Positions 23,601-37,374 of a stretch of DNA of 64,000 bases are shown piece by piece. Numbering within the stretch: the first letter of the stretch is position 1; each line of letters starts with the position of its first letter. The notes beneath the pieces are model-generated. The model was given only the letters and a program-made list of their open reading frames with translations, searched no databases and was not told where the DNA came from. The stretch lies in contig ML978130.1 in the NCBI GenBank assembly GCA_010015805.1, positions 62,001 to 126,000 of the forward strand. Reading direction: 5' to 3'. Made by a program: the position numbers and the translations under genes. Source of the stretch: Rhizodiscina lignyota. Lineage: Eukaryota.

Positions 23601-26600
23601 TCCTTGCGGTAGTCCTGCATGTGCGTTGCGTGGTACTTGAGCAGGAGGGCAGTCGTCTGGAGGAGCTCGAGGCGCGAATGGTCGACACCTAACTGTCCCA
23701 CATCTTCCGAGGTATCCACGAGCGAGGGCTTCCACAACTTGTTGTGCACTGCATCTGTCATGGCTTTGTCGACGAGCTTTGTCCCCTTCGCCTTGTCGAA
23801 CATGAGGGACTGCCAATTGCGCATGATATCCATCGCGAGGATCGGGTTGACCAAATTATGAAAGACATATGTTTTCGCGCGCTGAGTTGATGCCCTGCCT
23901 GCATAAATGTCGATGCATCGGTGGACCAAGAGGCGCCAGAATTCAACATCTTCAGACGCAATCATCTTTGTGTAGATGTAGTGCTGTAGGGCCGGTGACT
24001 GTTTCAGCTCATCTCCCGTTACCGCATCGATGATTTCGAAGAAGAAGTCCATATCGCTGGGTTCAATGCTGAGATACGTCGTGAAAATATCCATGATCTG
24101 GTCGCCGGCTTGCTCGACCGCAAGTCGCAGTACTGCGTCGATGCTGTTATCGCGCAGCTTGCCCTCCAATTGCTTTGCGCTATCGAACAGCGCACGACGA
24201 AGAGTCTCATGGCCAAGGACCTTACGCTGAACATCCTCGTAATCCTTCATTGCCCAAGTGATATGGATTGCATTGATAGCAGCAGGCCATTTCGCATTCT
24301 CATTTTCATCCTCGAAAAGGAACGTCTTCATAAACCCATCGATATCGTTCGCGATATGCTCTCGCAGGGCCTTGCTCCCCTCATCCGCCAGAATCTGGGC
24401 AAAGAACCGACCCTGCGCATGATCTCTCAGGCGCGGCGCAAAATACTGCCAGCTCTTCTCTGGATAATGATTGAGATACTTGATCAGCGGCTCCCTGAAC
24501 GGGCTGAAATGTGTTCGGCGGAGGCCGGCCTCGAGGGAAATGACCTTGCTGACTAGCCTCTCGAGGAAGTTGTCCGCCGCCGGAGGGAGAAGATGGAAGA
24601 CGTTGAGGATAGCAGCAATGACGCGCATCTGCTTATTCTGCTCGATAAGACTGAACGACACGCGCTGCAGACTCGCCGGCTCCGCGAGCGTGTCCATGTG
24701 ATCCAGCAAGCGCGTTCCAATCTCGACCTTGAAGTAATTCGTGAGCAGCTTCAGCAGACGTGCTAGACCATCTAGGCCTTCAACGGTCAACTTCTTCGGA
24801 TCCTGGAGGTTCATAAGAATCGGTCGCAGTCCCGCCTGCAACAAATCTTTCGGTAGTTTTTGGTTTGCCTGAAGAACACCCTGCAGACCTGCATACGCTG
24901 CATCGACAACCTCAGGGCTCTTGCTGTAGAGGCTCTTGAAGAAGACCTGAATAGTACGTGGCTTGCTCTGATTTGGGCTCCCCTGGCCAAATTCCGGGAA
25001 GTTCTGCGCGATGCTAAGCAGATTAATGCATGCGACCCTCAGACGCACAATGTTCTCCGCATTGCGCTGCTCCTGGGGGTTCGGTGCGAGCGTCTCATCA
25101 TCCGCATCCGCTAATGCTAGCGTTTCCATAAGCAGGCGTGTGAGACTCTCGTTGAACTCCACCAAGCCGTGGCCAGTCTTGAGGCAGAATGTAATGGCGT
25201 CAATATAGCCAATTTGAATCCCGAACGGTAGCGCGCGCAAAGGCTTATTGAAAATCACGCCCGTTAAGCGCTCCTTAACCGGTGCCATGAGCTCATGGAC
25301 CTCGCAGCCAACGACCTGCGCAATGATCTCAAAGTGCTTCTGCGCCGCCCTCCGCACATGCTGGTTCATATGTGCTAGCTCGAACACCATGAAGCCACAG
25401 ACCTGATTCAGACGGCTCTGATTGTTCGTGATATCCGTAATTTTGACACCCTTATTGCAGCGCCCGAGGATCTTCTCTAATGTCTCCTGCGCATGCTCTC
25501 GCGTCTTCGCCGCGACATCCGGTGGCATATCCTTCAGGACGTACATCAGCGCGCGGACAAAAGGCATCTGCTGCGCTATGACCCAGTGATCCGAGAAGCC
25601 GACTTTCGAGACGAGGATATCGATACCGAGAGCGCCGCCGGCCTTGATGAACCACTCCTCCTCATGGCAATTGTGCGTGAAGACCTGAGCGAGGTCGACG
25701 AAGATTTGCAGACGGTCGATTTTGTCGGCTGTCCCGAATATTGTTGTAGCGGCGTCTTTCATCGTGAGGATGGCCAGCTCCGCAGCATCGCGGACAGCAA
25801 CGTTGTCAGAAGATAATGAATCGCCAATGGCATCAGAGATGACTCTGCTCTCCACAAAGATCGGTCCTTCGCCAGCGTTGACATCGAAAGGCTTGAGTCT
25901 TTTCTTCGCGTTCGCCAGAGCGCGACCGACTTCCAACAATGTCAAGTGGCGCGTAACCTGGATTAGTAGCGTCTCTGCGTCAGTCTTCAGCTCCTCGACA
26001 GAACAGGCGAAGATCAAAGCTTTGAGTAACTTCTTCAAGCTCTCTTGTTGTTCATCCCGCTTCGGTATGCTCTTCTCGCGGTCCGACAAAGCCAGGAGAT
26101 CCGCGCCGGTGTCGTACTTCTTTGCAGACAAGTCGTTTGCTTGAAGTCGGACTAGCTGCACAAAGTCCTCTGGTAGCTGGTCGACCCCAATGGCAAGCTT
26201 GATATGTGATGAGATGAGCTTGAAGGCCTGCTGCTTGTGATAGACATCCGACTTCTTTGCCGCTGGAGTCTTTGGCGTGTCAGCGAGCTTCGCGATAGCA
26301 GGATCAATGCCAATGTTCGCGGGGAATGAGCGTTCCTTCGCCGCTCCGACGAGGCGGATGTCGAAGCTCGGGGCATCGTCTGCATAGCCCCTGTAAGGTA
26401 GCTCTGGCGGTCCGGTCAAGAATTTCCGATTCCTGCCTCCCAGCTTGCCCAGGATGCGCATGGTCGTGTGCGCATGAAAGTGGCTGTATGGATTTGGCTT
26501 GAGATGCTCCCACAATGCAGCCATCAGCTCGTCGATTACAGGTGCCATGATTGGATCCAGATAATCAGATGTAAGATTGTCGACACAAAGCTCAAGAGTG

Positions 26601-29227
26601 CGAAGGCCTTGGCCAACCAGATCTGAACCTGCGCGTAGAGCAACGACAAGTGGGCGCATGAGGTAGCTGAGGTGTGGAAGGAGGTTGCTCAAGCGTGCTG
26701 GAACAGTGAGAGAGAGTTCAACAAAGAGATCGCGCTCGGAGGGCTTTCGTGCCGCCGAGAGGAGATTGTTGAGAACTTCTAGGAGCATCTCCAAGAGAGG
26801 AAGGATTTCCTTGTAAAGGAGCTCAAAGCGGCCGCCACCGATGCTGCGAAACAGAGACCGAAGTAGTATGAAGTAATTCATCGGATCTTCTGCATTTGTG
26901 CTGAGCTGAATGCTCTGCGTCATGATCTTTGTGACATGAGGTAGCAGCACCTGTTCATTCTGCTGGCTGAACAGCGTAACAGCCATGAAGCTCAGCTTGA
27001 AGAGCCGGAGTAATATTGAGCTTTTCCTAACATCGGACGTGCCGACTTCAGGCATCTTGCTCATCAGGAATTGTAAAAGCATGCCAGCGAAGCTCGGGCT
27101 CGTCGCCTCGGAAGCAAGAAGGAATTGTGGGACGTGGAGGAGAGCGTTGTGCTCAAACATCATTTCGTAAAGGTGTGGTATCTCGGACTGGAAAATCTCG
27201 TGGAAAGTAGCGGGGTCGATATGGTGGAAGACTGTTGCAAAGGATTCAAGTAATTCCTTCTCCTCTTTACCACTCGTCATCATGGGCTGATTCGTCGCAA
27301 CGGCATCTTGAGAATTCGTCTCCTTTCCGTCTTTGTCGACGCCATAGTATCGGAAGACGCGGGCACCTTCTCGGAAGAGCTTAATGAGCACTTGGACATC
27401 TTCAGCATTATATCCGAAGGAGACCTCATGCCAGTTCGCAGGCGCAGTTCCAGGATCAATCTCGTCCTTGATGTTTGCAGGATTTGTAATGCGAAGCTGG
27501 TAGAACAGATTCTTCAGGCCATGAAGAAGGTTCTTGAAGAGGAACTTGTTGTCGGCGACCGGATCAGAACTACGTTCTCGAGGTGTCGACGTCTTGATGG
27601 GTGTTGCGCTGAAGATGTCAATCTCATCCCAGTCCGGCGGCTGGTCCTTGTCAGCCATGTAGTTCTCTGCTGATGCATCGATGGAAGGTGGCGAGTATTG
27701 AGCAGAAAGCTTCTTTGCGTTGTCGAATTGCCGATTCATGGCTGCGAACTTGTCTCCAATGGCGTTCAAGATCATGATCAAGAAGTGTCGTGCATCCTCC
27801 TTCGGCTCCAGCTCTGCGATGCATTCAGCCATATTAAGCAGAAGCTTGGCGCTCATGGTCTGAAAGCTGGTGCCTGGATAGTCGTCATGTAGATTCTTCG
27901 TATACACTTCGATCGTTCGCCGTATTTGCTCCTTGTTGAGCTGTTGCCGCAAATGGTGAATGAGATCTGCCAGCATGCTGTATGCCAGCGGTCGCATCGT
28001 CTCGTAGACAGTGAGACCATCGCCAATGAGAGTACGCTCATCGAGCAGCTCATCAATCTTCTTCAAAAAAATCTTCCTGAAATTGAAGTTGATAATGTGT
28101 CGGATGGCAACAAGAAGCTCCTTCCGCGCGCCGGATCGTTCTCGCGGGCAATCTTTCAGCATGCGAATGACAATGTCCGGTAGTGTCGGAAGAAAATCTG
28201 TTAGTTGCTGTGCGTAGACTCGTAGCAGATATGCTAGAAACGACATGGTCTTGACTTGTGCGTTGATAAAGTCGCCAAAGGCAGCTCTGTTCTTGATATC
28301 CTTGCTCACGCCGGTAAAGATCTTGCCTTGTGCCTTTGCATCCTCATGTGCCTTTGCTTGAGGTCCTGCCTGGAGAAGCAGCACATTCTTGATCAGAGGC
28401 ACAAACTTCTTGACGTTCTCGGCGACAAAGTTCCGATGAGACTGGAAGATGGAGACGACGATGATTGGGCACTCAGCAAGTACCTTGAATGAGTGCATGC
28501 CTTTCTGAAGCTGACGTGTCTGCTGCTGTTCTCCAGGTAAATCGTTAGTTGCCGCCGTCGCTACGGGAGAACTCGGTCGCGGAGATTGTGAATACTGATT
28601 GCCAGGAGTACCAGGCAGCGCTGGATGCGATGAAGATGCCGGGTTATCAAACGTATCCTTCACAGCCTGTTCCATCATCTCAAACATCTCTTGGATGAGA
28701 TCCAGGAAAGGCTGCACCGAATCCACCAGTGTCTTGGGTTGATGGCGCACGCACTCCAGTATGATCTTGACACATAGCACGGCATTGTCTTCATTCTCTA
28801 TGCGCACTAAGCCCATCATCTTGTCGACAATTTCGACGGCATACTGTCGCATGGGTTCGGGAGGAGTGTGAGGAAGGCGGAAGAGGATGTCCAGAGCGCA
28901 GCTTCTAAGCTTCTGTAGGATAATATTAGTAGTGCTCAGTATCAAAGTAAAGTGACGCAACCAACCTGCTCGGGAACATTGTTTACGAAGACTGGAGGAC
29001 CATCCAGCAACTTCAGAAGTAGTGGGACGAGCTTCTTCAAGGTATCGTTATATGCCTCGCCATGGCAGAAGAGTTCGATATTGTCGCGCAGATCGGTCGC
29101 GATGCTCCACTTTGTCTTGACATCTTCACGGAATCAGTTAAGTTGAGGTACCAGTGGTGTGAAAATACGCACCTGTATTTGTGTCCTCAAGCCTCGAGAC
29201 AAATACATCGAGGTTTCGCTCCGCCAT
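17609..29227 (-). CDS. TRA1: Transcription-associated protein 1 (TRRAP; SAGA/NuA4 PIKK pseudokinase)
   Basis: ~3800 aa with HEAT repeats, FAT domain, PI3K-like domain (VPFRLTPNLQ) and FATC end (DPLWMPYL*). ATG 29227; introns 29124-29172, 28913-28965 and in-frame 18299-18349. Confidence 0.97.
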
Positions 29228-31369
29228 CTTGAGGCAGATGCAGCTTTCCGCTGCCGATAGAATTTAAGGGCGTGCGCAGTCCGTGAAGTGCCGCGTGGTC
29301 TCTCTCCAAATTGCAATGTTGTGATGAAGAGAGTTGCGCATTAGTCGACGGAGAAGTGTTCGAGCTCGACCAGGCAGGTGTTGGAGAGTCGGCTGTCGGA
29401 GTTTAAGGTGTCGCGCGTGTGGGCGTTGAGGAAGGCGCGAGGCGAAATGCGCACAAGGTAGTTGAGTGAGGAGTGAGATGGGTATTGGCGTGCACGCGAT
29501 GGTCTCACTCAGATTTGGCGGATGGAGAGGAGTGGTCGCGGTGGTGGAGCGCGCATGAGGCCTCACGACTCTGCGCAAGCACTTGAACTTTCGCAGTCGC
29601 GCGGGCACAGGACGTTTATCCTACACCAGGGATCAGGGGTGCAACGCCCCTGCACGGCGGAAGGTGCCCCCGGCCGGAGCTCGATCATTGGTCGGCGGCC
29701 GCTTGGCATCAACTGCACCTCTCCAGCCGCGCATCTTCACCCAGTGAAGAGCTCAGAATATTGCTGCCTGGGCGCGGTAAGGTATAATTGTTCACTATAT
29801 CTTCCATTCGTTTTCACATCTGGATATCTACATCTCTCGTAGTTCAAATCAAGAGATAATGTTCTGCCTGTCCATCCTCGAGCTCAATCCCTCGTGACCC
29901 CGCCGTCTTCCCATCACAATGCCTTCCATGAAGCTCTACGTCAAAATCGACTATCTCGAACAGTGCAAATCAATCCGCTAAATGCTCCAAGACCGTTCCC
30001 TGCAGCCATACATTGACGGCACCGCGAGCAATCCTATTCCGCGCAACGCCTTCACCACCCCGACTGGCTAGCCATCTCTCTCTTAATCCGCAGCATCGAC
30101 GGCGTCGATGAGCGCATATAGCAGATGAGCGTTGAGTGTTCCTGTTATTCACATCTTCTTCATAGGTGACTTGATTCATTGCGTGTACTACAAGGTGCTC
30201 CAAGCCTTCGCCAGCGCATCGCTCAAAGTCTACTTACTCCAGCTTCCGAGATCGGTGGTCTTCAGCTCTGTCAAATCACTATTCTTTAAATTCACGAGAC
30301 GGTCATCAACTATATTGTTAATTCAAATCCAGCCCAATGCCATACCATATGAGCCGCGAGGCAACTTCAGAGAGTGATCATGAGATAGAGCCGTCTCTTG
30401 TGAAGATCAAGGCCTAAATACCCAAAATGTTCACCGCGCTGGCCGCAATAATGCAGATGGTCATGAAAATGTTCATGACAAACAAAGCGATGAGGTGTAT
30501 GACAGTATGATGCTGTTTTAATCCAACCTCTTGTCATTGGAATCGTCACAGTACTGGCTTCGGGCGCAGTGGGTGCTCTAAGTCTCAAAACAGCGCTGGC
30601 ATCTCTACGTATCACGACCATGACCGCTGCAGCTGGCGCATTAGGCCAGAAAACACTAGGAGCTGGATACTTGGTCCTTGAAAAGGGTGTACTCGTATTA
30701 CAACGCTCCAACCTGGAGTCTTTACTTCGATCAGAGCCGCGGACCAAGTGGCTCAAGACGCAAGAGGGGACTGCCTGGCCATATACCAACGAGCGGAGGG
30801 TGGTGCAACGCTGGCATTGCTAGGCACTCAAAATGCTGCACAGGATGTAGTGAGAGGCGGACAAGGGATAATGAACCAAGCGCTGAGAGGTCTGCTAACG
30901 GCATTTGCCTGGCTACGAGTGTATGGCAACCAACCCGAAACTAGCAGACTGGCGGAAAGCGATGCCGAAGGCCTTGAAGACGGCTGGTTTGATGCTTCCG
31001 AAGATATGTTGGAACTTGACCGTTTGGTGTAACAAAGAGATGCAGGAATTGTGGCTAAATGACATGAAAACTTCAAAGCTCTTGGCATCGACTCAGACTC
31101 AGATGACGTGGACAACAATTGTGGCTTCGTGCGAGAAGAGCTACATGTGCTAGATGAAGCGCTTCGGAAGACAGAGAATCTTTCGAAACTGCGAGAACGT
31201 CCTAGGAAGTCATAAGTTACTTCTTATGGTTGTCCGCATAATCGCACGCATGTTCCGGAGTGTCCAGCCGAGCAAAGTTCTCAAGATATGTATTCTAACC
31301 AACCCTTCACTGTTCAAACGCAAATAGTGTGGAAACATATTTCAGGGCAAGCCGATATCTCCTCTGCTT

Positions 31370-33406
31370 TCACACCGCATAATAGAAAGCCGTCGTCTCA
31401 TACTCAGCATTAATATTATCGCCCACCGGCCCGTGTTCGATATTCATGCTGACACCATCATCAAATGCTAGCGAGTCTGGAATCAACAAGCGCAGCGGAC
31501 TCAGGCACTCACCCACACAGTCTAGCACTTCGAACTCGCTCTGCGTCAGACCAGTCAAAGGCATCCCGTATGGCACTGCCGTGACACCGTACGGTGGAAC
31601 CTCGGCGTCGGCGAAGTACCATCCGCTTTCGTAAAAGTCCTCTGTTCCTGTGCCAAGGGCGGCAGCGTCTTTGAAAGGGCCAGGCGATGTGCGGTTGTAC
31701 CAAGTTTGAAAATCTCCCTCTAGGAACTCGAGGGTATTGTTGGGCGGGAGGATGAAGCCACGGATAGCGTGTGTGACGCCGTATGCGACACCGGACCCGG
31801 ATTTTGAAAGGAATGACCAGAGCTGTCCCGTTGTAGTTTCTGAGCGGCGATGCTGAGTGGAGAAATAGCCCCATTCCTTTGAGCAATGGTTTGATTGAAA
31901 CTTTTGGTCTTCGTGCCAATTGACTGAAATGTTTGCGCTCACAGGTTTACCCGAGCGACTCAGCGAGATTTTCGTGGATTTTGAAAATGGCATTGGAAAC
32001 CAGCACGTGAATGCACCGTTCTCCATAAACGTGTCTACGGAGAGAAGCAGCGAGCGGACATCGGACTTGCCCAAAGCGACACCAAAGAAAGATCCAATCG
32101 GTTGGCTGACGGTCTGTTTGCCATCAAATTCCATCTCAATGTATATGCTGTCCAACGCGTCGATGGATTGTTGGGCCTGGCTCGCTCGGTCACCGCTATA
32201 GTGATACCACTGGCGAAGGCCCTGCCACGTTTGACCAGCTATTTGATAATTGTGCGCAGCTTCATCATGCTGATTATTCCAGCCAACATTCAAGAGGTCT
32301 GTCAGAGCCCAGTCTTCACCACTAGCGTGTATGCAGTGAGTGGCATAGTAAAATTCGTTGAAATCCAGGTCGGAGGACACGAAGGTATTCTTCACAGATA
32401 TTGAGGATTTGCCCTGTGTGAAAAGAGGCTTAAGCTCAAGGACCTGGTCATAGAAAGTCGCGTTCTCGCTGTTTCCAGAGTCCTGCCACTGCCCTGCCGC
32501 TTGACTGTCTACAGTTACGGATGCTTTCTGATGTCCTATGGTCTTATCGAGCCGTCTCGTTATGCAGCAGCGAGAGCTTGCGGGATCCACGCGCATCGTG
32601 AAGCTGCTCGAGCCACCTTTGCCGAATGCTCGACCATCATCTGTGACGGTATATGCTCCAACGATTTCCGGAATACGGATCTGGAGCTGATCCACCATAC
32701 CGCTTCCACTGATCTGAAGAGTGCTGGGGGTCTTGCTGGTCTCCATATGCGTCTGGCTCATTCCGCCGAAATCATCAACAGACAAGGATTTGGGGTCTGC
32801 AACTCCGAACGCCAGCATAGCTTTCCAGACGTCATCCGCATGCTCTTTTGGATCGAATGTATGAACTCTAACGTCGCTGGGGAAAGTCCGGTAGTAAACA
32901 TGATAAAAATGTGGGTTGTTGGAAGTTGAAATCTTCATGCTCTTCTGATAAGGCATTGGTACCTTGATTACATTGCCGCCACTGGTATCGTTGACATTGC
33001 CGACGAGAGGCCAGACGAATGGCCGGCCCTTCTTGCCATTCACAATGTCTTGCACGATGCCCTCCAGTACGATATGCCCGTCGAGTTCGACTTGAATATC
33101 GCCCACGCCAATGACAGAATTGTTGGCGTACGTGAACCAAATGCTGCTGATCTGTCCCGGACTTTGAGCCTCTGCAATCACACAGCGACCAGCCGTCGTG
33201 TTGTAGAGGCACGAGTATGTGCCAACAAAGCCATCATCGTTCGCATTTTTGCGGTCATACGAGGAAATTTCTCGCGTTATATCATGTGGTCGTAACAAAT
33301 AGAAACCATAATTACGGTATGCGTCCCAGCCTACCATCGGCCATGTCGACGATACTGCTTCCACCGCAGTTGCAAAGAGAAGAAAAATCGACGCCAATGT
33401 CGGCAT
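31370..33406 (-). CDS. Secreted DUF2961 / glycoside hydrolase family 172-like protein
   Basis: Signal peptide MPTLASIFLLFATAVEA; intronless. Motifs SSYDR, PGQISSIWFT, PMPYQKS / FPMPFSKS, LEFLEGD, GTGTEDFYESGWYF, IEHG and TAFYY match the DUF2961 pattern. Confidence 0.8.
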   Translation of the reverse strand: MPTLASIFLLFATAVEAVSSTWPMVGWDAYRNYGFYLLRPHDITREISSYDRKNANDDGFVGTYSCLYNTTAGRCVIAEAQSPGQISSIWFTYANNSVIGVGDIQVELDGHIVLEGIVQDIVNGKKGRPFVWPLVGNVNDTSGGNVIKVPMPYQKSMKISTSNNPHFYHVYYRTFPSDVRVHTFDPKEHADDVWKAMLAFGVADPKSLSVDDFGGMSQTHMETSKTPSTLQISGSGMVDQLQIRIPEIVGAYTVTDDGRAFGKGGSSSFTMRVDPASSRCCITRRLDKTIGHQKASVTVDSQAAGQWQDSGNSENATFYDQVLELKPLFTQGKSSISVKNTFVSSDLDFNEFYYATHCIHASGEDWALTDLLNVGWNNQHDEAAHNYQIAGQTWQGLRQWYHYSGDRASQAQQSIDALDSIYIEMEFDGKQTVSQPIGSFFGVALGKSDVRSLLLSVDTFMENGAFTCWFPMPFSKSTKISLSRSGKPVSANISVNWHEDQKFQSNHCSKEWGYFSTQHRRSETTTGQLWSFLSKSGSGVAYGVTHAIRGFILPPNNTLEFLEGDFQTWYNRTSPGPFKDAAALGTGTEDFYESGWYFADAEVPPYGVTAVPYGMPLTGLTQSEFEVLDCVGECLSPLRLLIPDSLAFDDGVSMNIEHGPVGDNINAEYETTAFYYAV

Positions 33407-34474
33407 TGCTGTAATTATGGTTGCTAATAGTTATGGTTTCTGAATTTGCGAATATCGTTTTTGTACAGAACGGACCCTCGGGGTATTGCCTGCGAGAAAA
33501 TTAAGAAAGCTTGCTAGTGGTGCTCATCAGCGGGGAAGGTTGCATTTCTGGCATTTCGACCAACGACCACAGTAAATTGGAGAATTTGCACCAAGGAACG
33601 ATGCGAAGTACTCCATTTATCATATGTAGTAGAATATACAGAGCTCACCTTCGCCCCGCCTCTAAAGTTAGTAGATGAAGTGGTGATCGACAGGTTCCTA
33701 CGTGAGAAGCCTTGGGTGCTCCGGAGACGTGGAACAGCAAGCTGGAAGATATAGAGAACGTGAGGTCAATCAATCTAGATTGTCTTCTTCGTAATGTCTC
33801 ATTAGATGTGACAAAGCATGAATATAAAGATTAAACGCGTCCGAAGAAGTGCCTTCCGCTCCCAGGATGTCAAGCATAGCATCGCGGGGATAGCGTATGG
33901 GTGATGCTTTTGAGGATATACTTGAGAAACAGAGTCTCTCAGTACCTACAACAGCGATATCCGGACACTTTGTAAGCGGTGGTGGTGTCAATTATATTTT
34001 TTTGGGGAGTCGATAAGGGTTGGAACGGCTGATGAGACCAGACTTGTCGCCAAGCTCTGGCGTTTTGGCGATGCACTATGCCCTAAGCGGACTAGGATAG
34101 CGCATACCGAAAATACAACTTCCCTTCTCCTGAGCTGGCCCTCGCTTGACCACCTTAACACGTCCTCAGTTCTGAGTGAAAAGCGTTTATCTTTGTTGGA
34201 ACACTTTTCCGGCGTGCTCTTGATCCTATACGATAAATCTCTTGCGGGAATCCTATCCATATGGCAGAGTTTCTCTTGGTAGAGAAGATGCAGCATTCGC
34301 TCAACCCGCATTTGAACATTCCTATTATTTGCATCTGCATTCGATAAGGACATTATTCCCCAAGTCATACACTCAAGTTTGATATGGATGAACGGACACT
34401 CCAGTTTGATCTTTCCATTTATTGAGCAAATAGTTTGACGACAACCCCCGCACCATCCATCATACACATTGCAA

Positions 34475-35484
34475 TCAACTGTACTGCGACTTCCGAGGAA
34501 TAAGATTTGGTATATCGAAAAATCCATCCTGCTCCAGAAGTCCTGCTAATTTCTCACCGCCCCATCCCGTCTCAACATCCTCATCAATATCATGAACGCC
34601 AGACGGCAGTATCGCGAATGACCGCCCTGGAAATACGTCAGTAGTCACATCAAGTTCTGCCGGTTTGGGTACGCACCATTGCAATTCTCATTGCAAACGC
34701 ATCGTCCTACGCCTTCCGTAACGTATTCAATGGGTGCCCATGGCAATACAAATCCCGTGGCCTTGCTCGGCTCTCGTGGGTCGTCAATTTGATGCTGCCT
34801 CTTCGTAAGCGGAGTCAGAATGTAACCTGGAAGAATGTTGTTGACGCGGCAGTTGACTTTTTGCCCTTGAGATCGAAGGCTGCGGAAGATTGCTCGTACG
34901 CCGAATTTAGATGCGTTGTAATCGGTGTTGTACGTCCCATCTATGTATCCCATAATGCTGGAAATGAGCACCAGAGACTTCTTCAACTTTGACTGATTGG
35001 GCGAGGAAAGGCGGAAGTAGTGGAGCGCCAGATACGTGGAGTAATATACGCCGAGCAGGTTCACATCGATGGCGCTGTGATTTGGCATCTTGGGGATATC
35101 ATCAATTGATGGCTCCGGGCTGTTCTGAATGACTTCCTGTACGAGCGGTATCGCTGCACCGGCGTGACCCGCAAAAAGTACGGCTATGTCGAGCGTTTTC
35201 GAAGGGCTGAAGTTGACCGCATGCTTGAACGCAGCTACGCAATCGTCCCAGGACGCCGTGTTGCAGCGGACAAAGCTCACACTTCCTCCCTCGCTGCTCA
35301 ATTTCTCCGCCAATTTCTTCCCACGCTCTTCGTCGTAGTCTGCTATCGTGACGTATGCTCCATTCTGTACGTACGTGGTCACGGTAGCTTCGCCCAAGCC
35401 GCTTGCGCCACCTGTGATAATTGCTGAACGGTCTTTTACGACGCTGTAGTCGTTCAAGTCCTTCCAGCCTGGTTTGGTCGTCAT
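34475..35484 (-). CDS. Short-chain dehydrogenase/reductase
   Basis: TGGASGLG nucleotide-binding motif, ISS catalytic Ser region and YNASK catalytic motif. Intron 34627-34676 adds the last exon GRSFAILPSG...SQYS*. Confidence 0.9.
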
Positions 35485-36663
35485 ATCTTTTAAATCTAAC
35501 TCAAAGCCTTAGAATTGTCGCTCTTTCTACGCTCAAGGCACTGCTCCTTCTGAAATCCTTGAAGTCGTTCAAATTGTGTTGCCCTCGGATCCGCGGCATT
35601 TCATTGGACCTCTTGCGTACTCGACCGAGGTGTGACTGCAATGAGGAGATTGAGGAGAAACAAAATGCTAAGTACTACACTAAGCCTAAAGTACTTATCT
35701 AACCGCTAAACTAGAGCCAAATCGACGGATCAAGCATAGAGTGAAGTGCGATCGTGCCTGAACATTGCGCTGTTGTGAATGAGCTTGTTAAGCTCTACTT
35801 CTTGTCGATATCTCCGTAATTTCTGCATGTATGGCGGTTCAAATGCCGAATCCATAAATTTGAAGTGGATTCTGTCTTCAAATCATTTACGGTCCTATAG
35901 CACGCGTTCCTATCGCTGTGCCAAACGCGAAAGTGGTGGGAGTGGAATTTCGAGTGAGCCCGAGCCTTCCAATAGGCAGCAATAGCACTCAGGGGCCTCT
36001 GAACCTTAGCTGCGACAAGGATTTCAACAATCGGTTGTTCATATACCAGTTTATAAATGCTCAAGACCTGATACGAGGCACGAAAATGGTGCCGGTGAAC
36101 GTCGGCACGGGAAACCAGGTTCTCATTTTTGTTGTCTGAAGATGCTGGCGAGGCCGTCTTCAGAAATATCGAAGATATCACAACTTCTTTCTTACAAATT
36201 CCAACAGTCGTGTTCGTTATGTTTCTTGCAAATGTCTAGATTGAGATTCTTAGTTTTTGTTTTCTCCAGTTCAAGCTGTCGAACAAATTATGTTTTTAAC
36301 ATTCTCTTTCCTTCTTTCATCTCTAGCGCTACTGTTGCGGCATGTTGTCCCGAAGCCACGATCACAATTAGCAATACACGCTCGTAGATCAAAATTAGTG
36401 TGTCAATAGACAGACGGGAGCCTGCTGTATCATGTAGATTACAACTAGATCATTATGGGTCTTCAAATGTTGAAGCTAGTCCTCTAACCACAATTCATTG
36501 AACGACACCGTTTCAGCGATAACCATGTACACGACTACACTCAGCTTCATTCTATGGCATGGGCAAAAAGTTGCCGGTTGGATGACACTCCCGTCTTCTT
36601 ATTCCAAAGTGGCGTGCGACTCAGGGTTCCTGAGCTTAGACTTGAAGCTCCTAATGTACTCCC

Positions 36664-36688
36664 CAGTGGCCGCAGTGGCCGCAGTGGC
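36664..36688. repeat. Short tandem repeat (CAGTGGCCG) x ~3
   Basis: cagtggccg cagtggccg cagtggc read directly. Confidence 0.7.
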
Positions 36689-37374
36689 GAAGGTTGAGGA
36701 TCATGAAGATTTGCTCGCAATGCGCCAGTGAATAGCAATCCGTTCATGCTTTCAGCGTCTGGTACAATGTAGCCCAATCAATAAAGGAAAGGTAGCCCCG
36801 GTTAAGATTCGTGAACAGAGGGAGAAGGCGAAGAGCCAGCTAAGTACGGCGCCGGCGAGCTTGGAAAACTCGTCTTGAACAGAACCTCTTAGGTAAATCA
36901 TTGTCAAGCGACGTGAGTACAGCTCAAAGTCGTAACATGTGCATTTCTATTTTGTGTGCAAATATGTAAATCTGCGCAGGGCGCGATCAATGCCCGCTCC
37001 AGCGCCTTCTTCGAGAAAACCTAGCGCGACACTCCCTCGCGGCGGACAAACGACGGTTATGTCGATGTGCCACAAGAGACATGTACTCCGCGCCGGGCCG
37101 GCCTGGGGAGCGGTGATAGTTATAGGTGGTGCTATCCCGTCCTTCATCACTATGATCACTGTGAGAGTCAACAACTCTTGGTATGCTCGGTACTTTAGTA
37201 ATATTCCGCATTCCGCTGATATTTGACGCCACATTAGGGATGCTGCTCGTGTCCGAAACAAATCTCGAAGTGCCGACCGGTGCTAAAAGTGTCAGTGAAG
37301 TGCGTCAGGAATCATCTTCTAGTGTGGAAGGTACCTTTATCATGGCCGTCGACCTTTATATTATTCGTGATTGC

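Noticed and set aside
29919..31215. Chain of short plus-strand ORF fragments between TRA1 and the GH172 gene (possible decayed gene)
   Set aside because: Frequent stops and no recognisable domain or consistent splice model; cannot be supported without a translated homology search.
33770..34527. 179-aa and 73-aa minus-strand ORFs downstream of the SDR
   Set aside because: The first overlaps the SDR last exon, and neither has motifs or coding-like composition.
35700..37300. Short ORFs and an AT-rich patch, possible transposon or gene relic
   Set aside because: No terminal repeats, target-site duplication or transposase/RT motifs seen.
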